Source of the DNA: an uncultured Actinomycetes bacterium
GTDB lineage: Bacteria; Actinomycetota; Thermoleophilia; Gaiellales; Gaiellaceae
Direction: 5' to 3'
Length of the DNA stretch: 64,000 nucleotides
NCBI GenBank assembly: GCA_963791425.1
Contig: CAWBSE010000003.1
Coordinates: 858,078-922,077, forward strand
The position numbers and the translations under genes are program-made. The notes below the pieces were generated by a model. That model was not told the origin of the DNA and ran no database searches. It saw nothing but the letters and a program-made list of their open reading frames with translations. The first letter of the stretch is position 1, and the number at the start of each line of letters is the position of its first letter. Of this stretch, positions 38,045 through 48,382 are shown piece after piece.

Positions 38045-38219
38045 TCGCCCGGTCACCGCCCCGTGTCGAGACCCGGGTCTCGCGTGAGCAACGTCTCGCC
38101 CATCATGGGTGGCGTGGCGGCGCCGGTACCGGCACCGGTCGCGTCGGGTTCCCTGGCACCTGGTCAGGCACCCTTGGCGAGCAGCGCGACCGACCAACGG
38201 AGCAGTCCGGCCCTGCGTC

Positions 38220-38714
38220 TCACTGGCCGGTGTGAAGCGGGTCGCGGGCGGCCTTCTTCGAGAACGCCCTCAGGTCAGCGGCGACGGCGCGCAGCGAGGC
38301 AAGCAGCTTTGCGTCGGCGAGCGGGCTGCCGACGAGGAGTGACGGGTCTACCGCCATGATCTGGGCCCGGAGCTCCTTCTGGTCCCCGCTCGTGAAGCCG
38401 AGCTTCGCGAGTACGGCGGTGAGCTGCGCCGGCAGGCCCTTCCTGACGAGCGCGTCCTGGAACGCGTACGCGTCATCCTCCGAGACGGACAGATCCGGAG
38501 TATCGGGAGTCCAGAACGCCGACGTCGTCAGAGCAAGAAGGGGCCCAACCAGGACGTCGTACGCGTACGCCACCTCGATCGGATTGACCGTGATGTTGAT
38601 GTTGCCGGCGCCCGGACGAGCGCTCGCGGGCGTCGCGAGCAGGGTCGCCACCAGCCCGGCTGACGCGAGCGACACGGCCAGCGCGCGTGCCCGGCGTCTC
38701 TTCCGTTGCACCAT
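38220..38714 (-). CDS. Secreted hypothetical protein
   Basis: ATG at 38714. Arg-rich n-region plus signal MVQRKRRRARALAVSLASAGLVATLLATPASA. No domain recognised. Confidence 0.5.
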   Translation of the reverse strand: MVQRKRRRARALAVSLASAGLVATLLATPASARPGAGNINITVNPIEVAYAYDVLVGPLLALTTSAFWTPDTPDLSVSEDDAYAFQDALVRKGLPAQLTAVLAKLGFTSGDQKELRAQIMAVDPSLLVGSPLADAKLLASLRAVAADLRAFSKKAARDPLHTGQ

Positions 38715-38760
38715 CGAACCAGCGTGGCGGCGCGCCGCATCCGCGGCAACGGGGAGATCC

Positions 38761-41532
38761 CTAGGGTTTGCTCCCGGTGCCGGCCAGCCGCCGTGCGAGC
38801 TCAACGCGGGAGCGGACGCCGAGCTTGCGGTAGACGTTGCCGAGGTGGAACTCGACCGTCTTGACGCTCACGAAGAGCGCCGCCGCGATTTCCTTGTTGG
38901 CCTTCCCCTGGGCGACGAGCTCCGCCACCTGCCGTTCGGCGGTCGTCAGCTCCCCGCTCGACGGCGTCCGGCCGCCGAGCCGGGCGATCTCCCCGCGTGC
39001 ACGGTCCGCCCAGAGGGCGGCGCCGAGCCGCTCGAAGGCGGTGAGCGCAGCCTCGAGCGAGCGACGGGCATCTAATCGCTTGCGCGCGCGTCGCTGCACC
39101 TGGCCCAGCGCGAGGAGGGTGCGCGCACGCTCGAAGGGCTGCGGGAGCCGCTCGCCGATCTCCAGTGCGCGGCGCAGCTCGGCGACGGCACCCTCGACGT
39201 CCCCCCGGGCGGCGGAGAGGAGCCCACGACAGCGTGCCGCGGTCGCGAGTGCCCACGGGCTCGAGAGCGTGCTTCCCCGTTCCTCGAGGTGCACGACGAG
39301 CTCCTCGGCCTCGTCGAGCTCTCCGAGGATCACAAGAGCCTCGATCAGGTCCGGCAGCACCGGGTTGAGGTTCGGCTGACCGTAGCCGCGTGCGGCGTAG
39401 ATGCCCGGGAGCGGCCGCAGCCGGCCGACCGCCGCCTCGGCGCCGCCGACGGACAGCTCGAGGAAGCCGAGAACGCCTTCGACGTGGAGCCGGTGGACGG
39501 CGTCGCCCGCGGCCTCGGAGGCGGCGAGGCTTCGCGCGCCCCAGGCTCGGGCCTCCTCGACCCGGCCGAGATGCGCGGCGACCATCGCCTCTGCGTAGGC
39601 GGCGGTGCTCTCGTTGCTCGAGCCCGACTCCTGGAAGACCGCGTGGCTGTCGTGGGCGTAGGCCTCCACTCGCTGCCACTCTCCCGCCCGGATCTCGAGC
39701 TGCACGAGGTGCAACTGCAGCACGGCCCGCGCGTACTCGTCGGCCTGGTCGCCGGCATCGCCGTACGCCCGCTCGAGCAGCTCCCGCGCCTCGTCGAGGC
39801 GGTCGTCGAACATCAGCCGCAGGCCGAGCACGATGCTCGGCCGGTACCACGGGGGAAGCCCTCCGACCTCCTCCTCGAGCTCGAGCGCGCGCTCGAGGAG
39901 CCCTGGGGTGATCTCCGCGGTGAGGCTCTCGATGTGGGCGAGGTCGGCGAGCGCCATCGCCAGCGCAGGTGTATCCCCGGTGCGCTCGGTGAGCTCGATG
40001 GCCAGGCGCGCATGCTCGGTCGCTCGCCCGAGATCGCCCATGACGATCCAGGTGTCGACGAGGTGGCGGTGGATCTCGGCCTCGAGCGCTGCGTCGCCGC
40101 GGGCCTCGTCGAGCGCCTCCTGGTAGACCCCTGCGCAGATCTGGAGGTTCTCCTCCCGTGCGCGCACGGACAGAACCAGGGCCCGCGCCCGTTCGGGACC
40201 GGCGGGGAGCTCGCCGAGCAGCTGGACGACGAGCTCCTCGGCGTTCGCGAACCGACCCGAAGCGAAGCCGTGCTCGGCGACGAGGATCGTCCGCCGCTGC
40301 CGCGCCGATATCTCCTCTTCGGGCGTGAGCCTGAGCGCGAGCTCCGCGAGCTCGACCGCGACGTCGTGAACGCCGCGTCTGGCGGCACTGTGGACGGCGA
40401 GTTCCAGCTCCGCGGCGATCTCCTCGGACGGTTCTCCGGCGCTGAGCGCGAGGTGCCGGGCGCGCTCCTCCGGATCGGGGACGACCTCGGCCAGACGCCG
40501 GTGCACCGCTTGCCTGCTCGCGCGACCGGCATCGGCGTAGACCACCGAGGCGAGCAGCGGATGGGTGAAGCGAATCGAATCCGCGGAGAACTGGATCACC
40601 TGGCCCTCGAGGGCGGGTCGCAGAAGACGGTCCGTGCTGTCCCCCCCGAAGGTGAGCTCGAGAAGCTCGACGGTGGGATGCGAGAGAGCGGCAACGGCGA
40701 GGAGCGCAGTGCGCGTGTCCTCGGGCAGCAGCACGATCCGTCCGCGAACGAGGTCGTGCAGGTTGTCGGGGACCGGAAGCGGCTGTCCGGGCTCCAGTGC
40801 CTGCCCACTCCGCTCGAGCGCACGGACGATCTCGAGGGCGAACAGCGGGTTCCCCTCGGTGGTCTCGTGCAAACGACGTAGAGCCTGCCGCGGGAAGTCA
40901 GCGCCGAGCTGGATTCGGACGACACGTCCCAGGGCGCCGAGACTAAGCGGGCCGACCTCGATCCGCCGAAGGTCGCCGCCCGCAAACGCCCGGTCGAGGC
41001 CGAGCGGCGCCTGAGATTCGCCTTCGCTGCGCGTCGAGAGGAGCAGTCTGATCGGATCGCCCCGGAGCCTGCGGGTTGCGTACTCGAGCACCCCGGCCGA
41101 AGGCCCGTCGAGCCACTGAACGTCGTCCACCGCGACGAGGACGGGGCCGCGGGCAGCCAGCGCGCGCAGCGCGTTGAGGAAGGAGGCTGCGATCGCGCCG
41201 GGTCCCGGAGCAGCCTGATCCGGCTCGGAGCGAAAGAGAGCTATCGCCAAGGTGCGCCGCTGCGGCTCGGGGAGCTCGTCGGCGATCTCATCGAAGCGGT
41301 CGTCCAGCAGGTCGCGGAGCGCCGAGAGCGAGAACTGCGTCTCGGAGCCGCTCGGGTTGCACGGAAGCACCGTCTGGCCACGGGCCTGCGCCTCCTCGAT
41401 CCCGACGTGCCAGAGTGTCGTCTTCCCGATGCCGGCCTCTCCGTCCAGCACGAGCGCGCTCGGAGCATCGTCGCCGAGGAAGGCCAGAATGCGCGCAACC
41501 TCCTCGTCCCGCCCGACGACCTCGCCCGCCAT
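38761..41532 (-). CDS. LAL/MalT-type large ATP-binding LuxR-family regulator (AAA/STAND NTPase, TPR-like repeats, GerE HTH)
   Basis: Walker [13 protein letters not shown]. Walker [14 protein letters not shown]-terminal [39 protein letters not shown]. Confidence 0.9.
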   Translation of the reverse strand: MAGEVVGRDEEVARILAFLGDDAPSALVLDGEAGIGKTTLWHVGIEEAQARGQTVLPCNPSGSETQFSLSALRDLLDDRFDEIADELPEPQRRTLAIALFRSEPDQAAPGPGAIAASFLNALRALAARGPVLVAVDDVQWLDGPSAGVLEYATRRLRGDPIRLLLSTRSEGESQAPLGLDRAFAGGDLRRIEVGPLSLGALGRVVRIQLGADFPRQALRRLHETTEGNPLFALEIVRALERSGQALEPGQPLPVPDNLHDLVRGRIVLLPEDTRTALLAVAALSHPTVELLELTFGGDSTDRLLRPALEGQVIQFSADSIRFTHPLLASVVYADAGRASRQAVHRRLAEVVPDPEERARHLALSAGEPSEEIAAELELAVHSAARRGVHDVAVELAELALRLTPEEEISARQRRTILVAEHGFASGRFANAEELVVQLLGELPAGPERARALVLSVRAREENLQICAGVYQEALDEARGDAALEAEIHRHLVDTWIVMGDLGRATEHARLAIELTERTGDTPALAMALADLAHIESLTAEITPGLLERALELEEEVGGLPPWYRPSIVLGLRLMFDDRLDEARELLERAYGDAGDQADEYARAVLQLHLVQLEIRAGEWQRVEAYAHDSHAVFQESGSSNESTAAYAEAMVAAHLGRVEEARAWGARSLAASEAAGDAVHRLHVEGVLGFLELSVGGAEAAVGRLRPLPGIYAARGYGQPNLNPVLPDLIEALVILGELDEAEELVVHLEERGSTLSSPWALATAARCRGLLSAARGDVEGAVAELRRALEIGERLPQPFERARTLLALGQVQRRARKRLDARRSLEAALTAFERLGAALWADRARGEIARLGGRTPSSGELTTAERQVAELVAQGKANKEIAAALFVSVKTVEFHLGNVYRKLGVRSRVELARRLAGTGSKP

Positions 41533-41636
41533 TCGTCTCGTCTAGCACATGGGAGACGCGCATGGAAGCCGAAGCCTGTCGAATCGTGCCCGTGGCAGGA
41601 ATCCGTTGGGACGGGGCTAGGCTGGGGCCGGTCACC

Positions 41637-41680
41637 ACTCTTAATCCCAAGGTCGAAGGTTCGAATCCTTCACGGCCCAT
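41637..41680 (+). repeat. att copy 3 (tRNA-Lys 3' half; probably the displaced ancestral 3' end)
   Basis: 44/44 identity to 28817..28860. A hairpin follows at 41714..41733. Confidence 0.85.
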
Positions 41681-41713
41681 GAGGCGCAGCAAAGGGGCAG
41701 CGCAGGCGCGCGT

Positions 41714-41733
41714 CCTCCCCCCGACGGGGGAGG
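41714..41733 (+). terminator. Hairpin after the distal tRNA-Lys 3' half
   Basis: CCTCCCCC-cgac-GGGGGAGG, an 8-bp stem. Confidence 0.4.
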
Positions 41734-41822
41734 GAGCGGAACTTCGCTCGGTCGAGGGGCTGCGCCGTTCAGGCACAGGAGTCTCCGCAGGGCCAGGCTG
41801 TCTGCACGCTGCCGTAACGTCC

Positions 41823-42287
41823 ATGGCGATGGCGCGGACGAGCTACATCGAGAAGCGGATGGGCAAGTTCCTCCGCGAGCCGCCGACGGTCCGCGGTGCG
41901 GCGGGCACGATCGTCTTCGCCACGGCCGGCGTCGTGGTCATCAGCGGCGTTCTGATCCGGGTGTTCGACCACAAGGAGTACGCCAACATCTGGGTCGGGA
42001 TGTGGTGGGCGATCCAGACGGTCACCACCGTCGGCTACGGCGATGTCACGCCCGCCGACCCCACCGGCCGCGTCATCGCAACCTTCGTGATGCTCGAGGG
42101 GATCGCGTTTTTGGCCATCCTCACCGCTGCGATCACGTCCACCTTCGTCGCGCGGGCGACGAAGGAGCATGAGGCGTCGTACACAACGGATGAGCTGACG
42201 GAGATCCAGAAGATCGAGTCGCGGTTCGACGACCTCGACCGCAAGATCGACCGGATCGAAGCCGCGCTTCGCGGTCGCGGCTCCTGA
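41823..42287 (+). CDS. Two-TM potassium channel (KcsA-like pore)
   Basis: ATG at 41823. Selectivity filter TTVGYGD between two TM helices. Coiled-coil-like C-terminus. Confidence 0.85.
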   Translation: MAMARTSYIEKRMGKFLREPPTVRGAAGTIVFATAGVVVISGVLIRVFDHKEYANIWVGMWWAIQTVTTVGYGDVTPADPTGRVIATFVMLEGIAFLAILTAAITSTFVARATKEHEASYTTDELTEIQKIESRFDDLDRKIDRIEAALRGRGS

Positions 42288-42292
42288 CGCAC

Positions 42293-44215
42293 ATGAGGCG
42301 GTGCGCTGCCCTCGGCACCGTGCTGCTTGCGGTGCTGGCGGCGGGTGCCGGTGCCGCCCGCGCCGACGACACCTCGCCCGAGCTACAGCTCGCCGAGAAG
42401 TACGCGCCGGTCGTCGCCCTGAAGCAACAGACCGAGGCGTGCAGCGACGGCGGCGAGCCGTATCGGCCGGTGCCCGCGGACGTCGTGCTCGGGCGCTCCG
42501 ACGTCGATCTCGTCGACTCCGAGGGCCGGGTGCTCCGGGCGGCCCCGACCGCCGCCGACCTGTTCCACCGTCCCGAGGGCACGTATCTCGACTTCCCGGG
42601 CTCGCCGCTCGACCCGGGGTGCAGTTACGAGCAGTGGGCCGACCAGATCACGAAGGGCAAGCCGACGACCGCCTACGCGCACGTCCTTCAGCAGCGCGGC
42701 AAGCCCGGGAAGCTGGTGCTCCAGTACTGGCTCTACTACGTGTTCAACGACTGGAACAACAAGCACGAATCCGACTGGGAGATGATCCAGCTGATGTTCG
42801 ACGCGTCGTCCGCGTCGGACGCGCTGAAGCGGGCGCCGACCGAGGTCGGGTACTCGCAGCACGAGGGGGCGGAGAGCGCCGAGTGGGACAGCTCCAAGCT
42901 CCAGAAGCAAGGCGTGCGCCCGATCGTCTTCCCCGGCCGTGGCTCGCACGCGAACTACTACAAGCAGAGCATCTGGCTCGGCCACAGCGCGCAGGAGGGG
43001 TTCGGGTGCGACAACACGACCGCCCCGTCGAACATGGAGCAGACGCAGGTCGTGCTGATGCCCGACGCGCGGCCCACATCCGCGGACGATCCCTTCGCAT
43101 GGCTCACCTTCGACGGACACTGGGGCCAGGAGGCGAACGGTCCGAACACCGGCCCGACCGGCCCCAACACCAAGGCGCAATGGACCGACCCGGTCACCTG
43201 GTCCGAGGACGAGTGGCGCCCGAGCAGCACGGAGGTGCCGCTCCAGTCGACGCTCGGGCCGAGCGCGACCACCTTCTTCTGCGGCGCCGTCGCCTGGGGG
43301 TCGGGCGTCTACCTCCGGTTCCTGCGGACGCCGTGGCTCGTGCTCGGTGCGCTGCTCGGGATCACGCTGCTCGGCATCTGGCTGAGCCGGCGGACACGCT
43401 GGAAGCCCGTCGAGCCCTTCCCGATCGACGACGTCCGCAGCGGCGGCCAGATCTACCGCTCCGCGCTCAGGATCTACCGCCGCTACCCCTTGCTGTTCCT
43501 CGGCATCGGCGTGATCTTCATCCCGCTGGCCGTCGTCACGGCGCTGGTGCAGGCGCTCCTCGACACGTACACCGGCATCGGCACGTTCCTGAACACGACC
43601 GCGACCGACCCGATCGTCGAGGGCGTGACGGCACTGCTCTTCGGCCAGCTCTCGACGATCATCGCGAGCATCGGCGTCAGCGCCGCGGTGGCCTTCGCGC
43701 TTGCGCGCATCATCGAAGGCGGCCGTCCGGACACGCTCGAGGCGTTCAGGGGGACATTCCCGCGTGCCGGCTCCCTCGGCCGTGCCTGGGTGCAGATCGT
43801 CGTGATCGCCGGGCTCCTGACGATCACGGTCGTCGGGATCCCGATCGCGATCTTCTACCTCGTCCGCAAGACGGTCGTCACCCAGGCGTGCGTCATCGAG
43901 GACCTGCACGCGCGTCCGGCGCTGAACCGCAGCTCCGAGCTCGTCCGGCGCCACGGGTTCCGCGTGCTGGCGATCGCCGCGCTCGTCAACGTCACCGCCT
44001 TCCTGCTCGGCCCGATCGTCGGCGTGCTCGTGCTCTTCCTGACCTCGAGCTCGCTCGCGGTGATCAACGTGATCAGCTCGCTCGTCTACGCCGTGGTCGT
44101 GCCGTACGCGTCCATTGCGATCGCGCTGCTGTTCTACGACCTCAGGCGGCGGAAGGCGGGGGAGGAGCCGGTGGCTGCTCCCGCCGCAGGCGTCGTTCCC
44201 ACAACGTCGCATTGA
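42293..44215 (+). CDS. Membrane protein: signal peptide, exposed N-terminal domain (Vps62/DUF946-like by motif), C-terminal polytopic domain
   Basis: 640 aa. AEKYAPVVAL...LQYWLYYVFNDWNNKHESDWEMIQL..GRGSHANY. About 6 TM segments follow. The homology call is tentative. Confidence 0.65.
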   Translation: MRRCAALGTVLLAVLAAGAGAARADDTSPELQLAEKYAPVVALKQQTEACSDGGEPYRPVPADVVLGRSDVDLVDSEGRVLRAAPTAADLFHRPEGTYLDFPGSPLDPGCSYEQWADQITKGKPTTAYAHVLQQRGKPGKLVLQYWLYYVFNDWNNKHESDWEMIQLMFDASSASDALKRAPTEVGYSQHEGAESAEWDSSKLQKQGVRPIVFPGRGSHANYYKQSIWLGHSAQEGFGCDNTTAPSNMEQTQVVLMPDARPTSADDPFAWLTFDGHWGQEANGPNTGPTGPNTKAQWTDPVTWSEDEWRPSSTEVPLQSTLGPSATTFFCGAVAWGSGVYLRFLRTPWLVLGALLGITLLGIWLSRRTRWKPVEPFPIDDVRSGGQIYRSALRIYRRYPLLFLGIGVIFIPLAVVTALVQALLDTYTGIGTFLNTTATDPIVEGVTALLFGQLSTIIASIGVSAAVAFALARIIEGGRPDTLEAFRGTFPRAGSLGRAWVQIVVIAGLLTITVVGIPIAIFYLVRKTVVTQACVIEDLHARPALNRSSELVRRHGFRVLAIAALVNVTAFLLGPIVGVLVLFLTSSSLAVINVISSLVYAVVVPYASIAIALLFYDLRRRKAGEEPVAAPAAGVVPTTSH

Positions 44216-45071
44216 CGACGGCGCCGCCGACCATCAGGCGCGCGAGCAGAAACAGCCCGAAGAGCAGTGTCGATGCGATTCCGAGCGCACCGTACGTGCC
44301 CTGCTTGTTGTGGGCCCACGGCGCGATGATGAAGACGGTGACGATGTTGAGCACCTCGATCCCGAGCCCGACGATGAGCGCGCCCGGGATCAGGGCCTTC
44401 CAGGTCGCCGTGCCGTGCGGGAGCCGGTGCGAGAGCGCCAGCCAGAGGCCTGCGTAGGCGAGCGCGACCAGGATCGTGACGAGGATCCCGAGCCCGTTGG
44501 ACTTGCTGCGCGCGTAGATCGTCACGGCGGCGATCACGTAGAAGCCGAGCATGAACCCCAGGAACATGAGGGTCGCCTTCGGCGTCGGCTTGTGTCTCCG
44601 CCCGGCGACGTCGATCCAGACGAGCCGGTGCGCTCCGATCATCACCCGCAGGACGCTTCGCGTCGCCCAGAGCAGCAGCGGGATGCCGATCAGCAGGCAG
44701 TACCACCGGCCCTGGCCGTCCGCAGCGCTCGCAACCGAGCTCGTGACCAGGCCGGCGAGGCCCATCGATGCGGCGGCGTCCTTGGGGTCGGTCGACGAGG
44801 CATCCGCCGCGAGGCCGAGGCCGCCGACGAGCACGAGCGCGAAGGGCAGCAGCCAGATGAACAACCGGTAGGCGAGCGCTCCGGCGATGATCCCGCCGGC
44901 GACCTCTCCGTCGCGGTCGACCATCTGGAATGTCGCGTCCACGGATGCGTGGCGCGACCGCTCCTCCTGGGCGCGCTTCTCGAGCGCATCCGCGCGCGCA
45001 CGGGCCGCCTCGTAGCGCAGCTTCCACCGCCCGGCTTTGGTCGTGGGCGCATCGCCGGCCGGCGGTTCCAT
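44142..45071 (-). CDS. YihY/BrkB-family membrane protein
   Basis: 309-aa polytopic ORF (GGIIAGALAYRLFIWLLPFALVLV..). It overlaps the 3' end of the convergent gene by 74 nt. Confidence 0.75.
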   Translation of the reverse strand: MEPPAGDAPTTKAGRWKLRYEAARARADALEKRAQEERSRHASVDATFQMVDRDGEVAGGIIAGALAYRLFIWLLPFALVLVGGLGLAADASSTDPKDAAASMGLAGLVTSSVASAADGQGRWYCLLIGIPLLLWATRSVLRVMIGAHRLVWIDVAGRRHKPTPKATLMFLGFMLGFYVIAAVTIYARSKSNGLGILVTILVALAYAGLWLALSHRLPHGTATWKALIPGALIVGLGIEVLNIVTVFIIAPWAHNKQGTYGALGIASTLLFGLFLLARLMVGGAVVNATLWERRLRREQPPAPPPPSAA

Positions 45072-45197
45072 ACCGGGAACCCTGGCACAAGCGGCGTCGG
45101 GGGTTTCACCCCAATCGGGCTATGACGCGCTCATGCAAAGCATGCGATGCTCCGCCCTGATCAGGCGACGCGCGTTTCCGATGAAGGGAGCACACCG

Positions 45198-46351
45198 ATG
45201 AGCGAGACCCCGGCACCGACCCCCAAGAAGGCCTCGCACGGCCCGACGAAGACGCGGATCATCCTCGCGCGCACGCTGACGGTGATCGGGATCCTGCTGG
45301 TGGTCGTGAGCGTGCTCGCCAACTACGTCAAGCGTGAGGCGCTCGACTCGTCCCACTTCAAGGCGACGTCGCGGGCGCTGATCGCCGACCAGGCGATCCG
45401 CGAGCAGATCGCGCTGACGCTCGTCGACCAGCTCTACGCGAACACCGACGTGGCCGGCGCGCTCAAGGAGAAGCTGCCGGCGAACCTCCAGCCCCTGGCG
45501 GTGCCGATCGCCGGCCTGGCCCGCAACGCGACCGAGACCGCGGCGAAGCGGTTGCTCGAGCGGCCGAAGGTCCAGGATCTCTTCGTCGCCGCGACCTCGC
45601 TGGCGCAGAAGGAGTTCATCGCCGTCCTCGACGGCAACACGAAGGTGCTCGACTCGACCGAACGGCAAGGTCGTGCTCGACCTCCGCCCGATCATGATCA
45701 AGCTCGGGACACGCTTCAACATCGTGCAGAGCAAGATTCCGCCGCAGTCGGGGCAGGTGACGATCCTCGACTCCGACCAGCTCAAGGCGGGCCAGAGGAT
45801 GACGCGGGCGCTGCGCTTCACCGCGAGCTGGATCTGGGCGCTCGCGCTCCTGTCGTGGGCCGGCGCGATCCTGCTGGTGAAGGGCCGCCGCCGTCTCGAG
45901 GTCCGCGCGATCGCGATCGGGTTCGTCTCGGCCGGCTTCCTCATCCTGATCGTCCGGTCGCTCGGCGAGCGGTACTTCGTCAACCATCTCGTCCAGTCCG
46001 ACTCCGTGCGCCCGGCGGCGCAGCACGCCTTCGAGATCCTCACCGACCTGCTCAAGGGCGCCGGCTGGACCGCGGTGATCGTCGGCGTGGTCGCGCTCGC
46101 CGGCGTCTGGCTCACCGGGCCCGGACGGCGGGCGACGCAGGCCGGAGCCGCGCTCGCGCCGCACTGTCGCCGGGGCCGGTATCTACGGCGCCACGATCGG
46201 CGCCTACCTGTTGCTGCTCTGGTGGCGGCCGACGCCGCAGTTCGGCTACTGGGTGAACGACCTGATCCTCCTCGGGCTGCTGCTGGTCGGGACGGAGGTT
46301 GTGCGCCGCCAGTTGGCGCGTGAGGCACCCGCGCCTGCCGAAGCCGCATGA
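45198..46351 (+). pseudogene. Conserved-looking integral membrane protein, two frame disruptions (about 45660 and 46164)
   Basis: MSETPAPTPKK..VLDSTE (frame of ORF 45147), then GKVVLDLRPIMIKLG..WLTGPGRRATQ (ORF 45673 frame). The third frame, by my translation, gives VAGAGIYGATIGAYLLLLWWRPTPQFGYWVNDLILLGLLLVG, ending at TGA 46349..46351. Confidence 0.6.
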
Positions 46352-48355
46352 CCGACGAGCCAAGCTGGCGGCCGGAGCCGCTGCGCTACCGGCCGGTGCC
46401 GGTCGTTCTCGGCTGGCTGACGGCGGCGGCAGGGCTCCTGTTCGCCGCCTGGGTCGTGCCCGGCGTCTCGGTCGACGGGTTCAAGGGCGCACTCGTCACC
46501 GCGCTGCTGATCGGGATCCTGAACGCCGTCCTGAACCCGATCGCCGCCGCACTGAAGATCCCGTTCATGGCGGTGCTCGGCTTCCTGATCGCCCTGATCC
46601 TCGACGCCGTGATGCTGATGATCGCGTCGAGCATCGACCGGCGGCGATCACCGTCTCGAACTTCTGGTGGGCGCTGCTGACCGCGCTGGTCGCGTCGGCG
46701 ATCGTGGTCGTGATCGACGTGCTGATCGGGACGAACGACGACGACACGTACATGCTGCGGATGACCAGGCGGATCGCCAGACGGACCGGCGCAACGATCA
46801 GCACCGACGTCCCGGGGCTGCTCTTCCTCGAGATCGACGGGCTCGCCCTGCCGGTGCTCCGCCACGCGATGACGGTCGGCTCCGCCCCGACGCTCGCGCG
46901 CTGGCTCGAGGAGGGGTCGCACCGGCTGGTCGAGTGGGAGCCCGACCTCTCGTCGCAGACGGGCGCCAGCCAGGCCGGGATCCTGCTCGGCTCGAACGAG
47001 GACATCCCCGCCTTCCGCTGGGTCGACAAGGAGTCGGGCCGCGTGATCGCCTGCTCCGGCCCGCAGGACTGCGCCGAGATCGAGGCGGCGCACGCGACCG
47101 GGATCGGCCTGCTGGTCAACGGCGGCTCGAGCCGCGGCAACCTGCTGTCGGGCGAGGCCGACGAGGTGATCCTCACCTGCAGCCGGATGAGCGCCGAGAC
47201 GCACGCGAACCCCGGCTACCGCGCCTTCTTCGCGAACGGGCTCAACGTCACCAAGACGTTCGTCCTCTTCTTCTGGGAGGTCTTCCTCGAGTGGACGGCG
47301 GCGGGCCGGGCGAAGCGGCGCGACGTGCGTCCGCGCGGCCACCGCGGCGGCCTGTACCCGTTCATGCGGGCGGCGATGTGCGTGGTCGTCCGCGACCTGA
47401 TCGTCTACGGCGTGATCGCGGACATGATGCGCGGCCGCCCCGCCGTCTACTCGACATTCTCGAGTTACGACGAGGTCGCGCACCACTCCGGGCTCGAGCG
47501 CGCCGACACGCTCGAGGCACTGCGGAAGCTCGACCAGCAGTTCGCCCGGATCGACCGGGCGCGGAAGTACGCGCCGCGGCCGTACGTGATCGCCGTCCTC
47601 TCCGACCACGGCCAGACCCAGGGCGCGACCTTCAAGCAGCGGAACGGCTACGGCCTCGACGAGCTCGTCGAGAAGTCGCTCGAGCAGCGCGACCGTGCAG
47701 GCGATTGCGGGCGGCGACGAGCAGAAGGCGATGACGAACCTCGCGTTCGAAGAGGCGACCGGCACGGGGACGAAGAAGAAGCAGGCGAAGAACGAGGTCG
47801 GCGACCGCCAGGTGGTCGTGCTCGGCTCCGGGAACCTCGGGCTGATCTACCTGATGGACGAGAAGCGGCGGCTGACGCTCGAGGAGATCGACGCCCGTCA
47901 CCCGCGGCTGATCACGTCGCTGCGCGAGCACCCGCACGTCGGGTGGCTGCTCGTCCGCTCCAGCGAGCGCGGCGCGGTCGTCCTCGGCGGTCGCGGCACC
48001 CGCTACCTCGACACGGGCGAGGTCGTCGGCGACGACCCGCTGGCCGGCTTCTCACCGCACGCGGCGCAGCACCTGGCGCGCACCGACGGCTTCGCGCACG
48101 TGGCCGACGTGATGGTCGGCAGCTTCTACGACCCGCAGCTCGAGGAAGGCTGTGCGTTCGAGGAGCTGATCTCGTTCCACGGCGGGCTCGGCGGGCCGCA
48201 GACCCGGCCGTTCATTCTCTATCCGGCCGAGCTGGCCGCGCCCGACGGCGAGACTCGTCGGCGCCGCGGCCGTGCACGGCGTGCTCACCGGCTGGCGCCG
48301 CGCCCTCCAGGGCGACGACGCCGTCCCGCTGCCCTCCGCGGCGGCGGCGGCCTGA
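46348..48355 (+). pseudogene. Holin-family-4/DUF360-like membrane domain fused to an alkaline-phosphatase-superfamily (type I phosphodiesterase-like) domain; three frame disruptions
   Basis: ORF 46348..46680 (LIGILNAVLNPIAAALKIPFMAVLGFLIALILDAVMLMIASS). ORF 46299..48386 middle part (GLLFLEIDGLA..SDHGQTQG). ORF 47695 frame (VVVLGSGNLGLIYL..ISFHGGLGG). A final shifted tail reads LVGAAAVHGVLTGWRRAL. Confidence 0.7.
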
Positions 48356-48382
48356 GCGGCCGCCGCCCGCACGCTTCGGAAG

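Larger units (their letters stand above)
36426..41636. mobile_element. Island 2 at tRNA-Lys (about 5.2 kb), no integrase detected
   Basis: Bounded by att copies 2 and 3. Holds four minus-strand genes (LAL regulator, secreted protein, DUF4242-like, NHL protein). Confidence 0.5.

Noticed and set aside
38067-38132. Palindromes CGAGACCCGGGTCTCG (38067..38082) and GCCGGTACCGGC in the spacer between the island-2 secreted protein and the DUF4242 gene
   Set aside because: These are short GC palindromes of a kind common in GC-rich intergenic DNA. They may be a weak terminator or operator, but nothing distinguishes them from background.
38761-41532. STAND/AAA NTPase on a tRNA island as a possible Avs-like antiphage sensor
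   Set aside because: The protein ends in a canonical GerE/LuxR HTH and has the MalT/LAL layout. No nuclease, protease, TIR or other effector domain is visible. A transcriptional regulator is the simpler reading.
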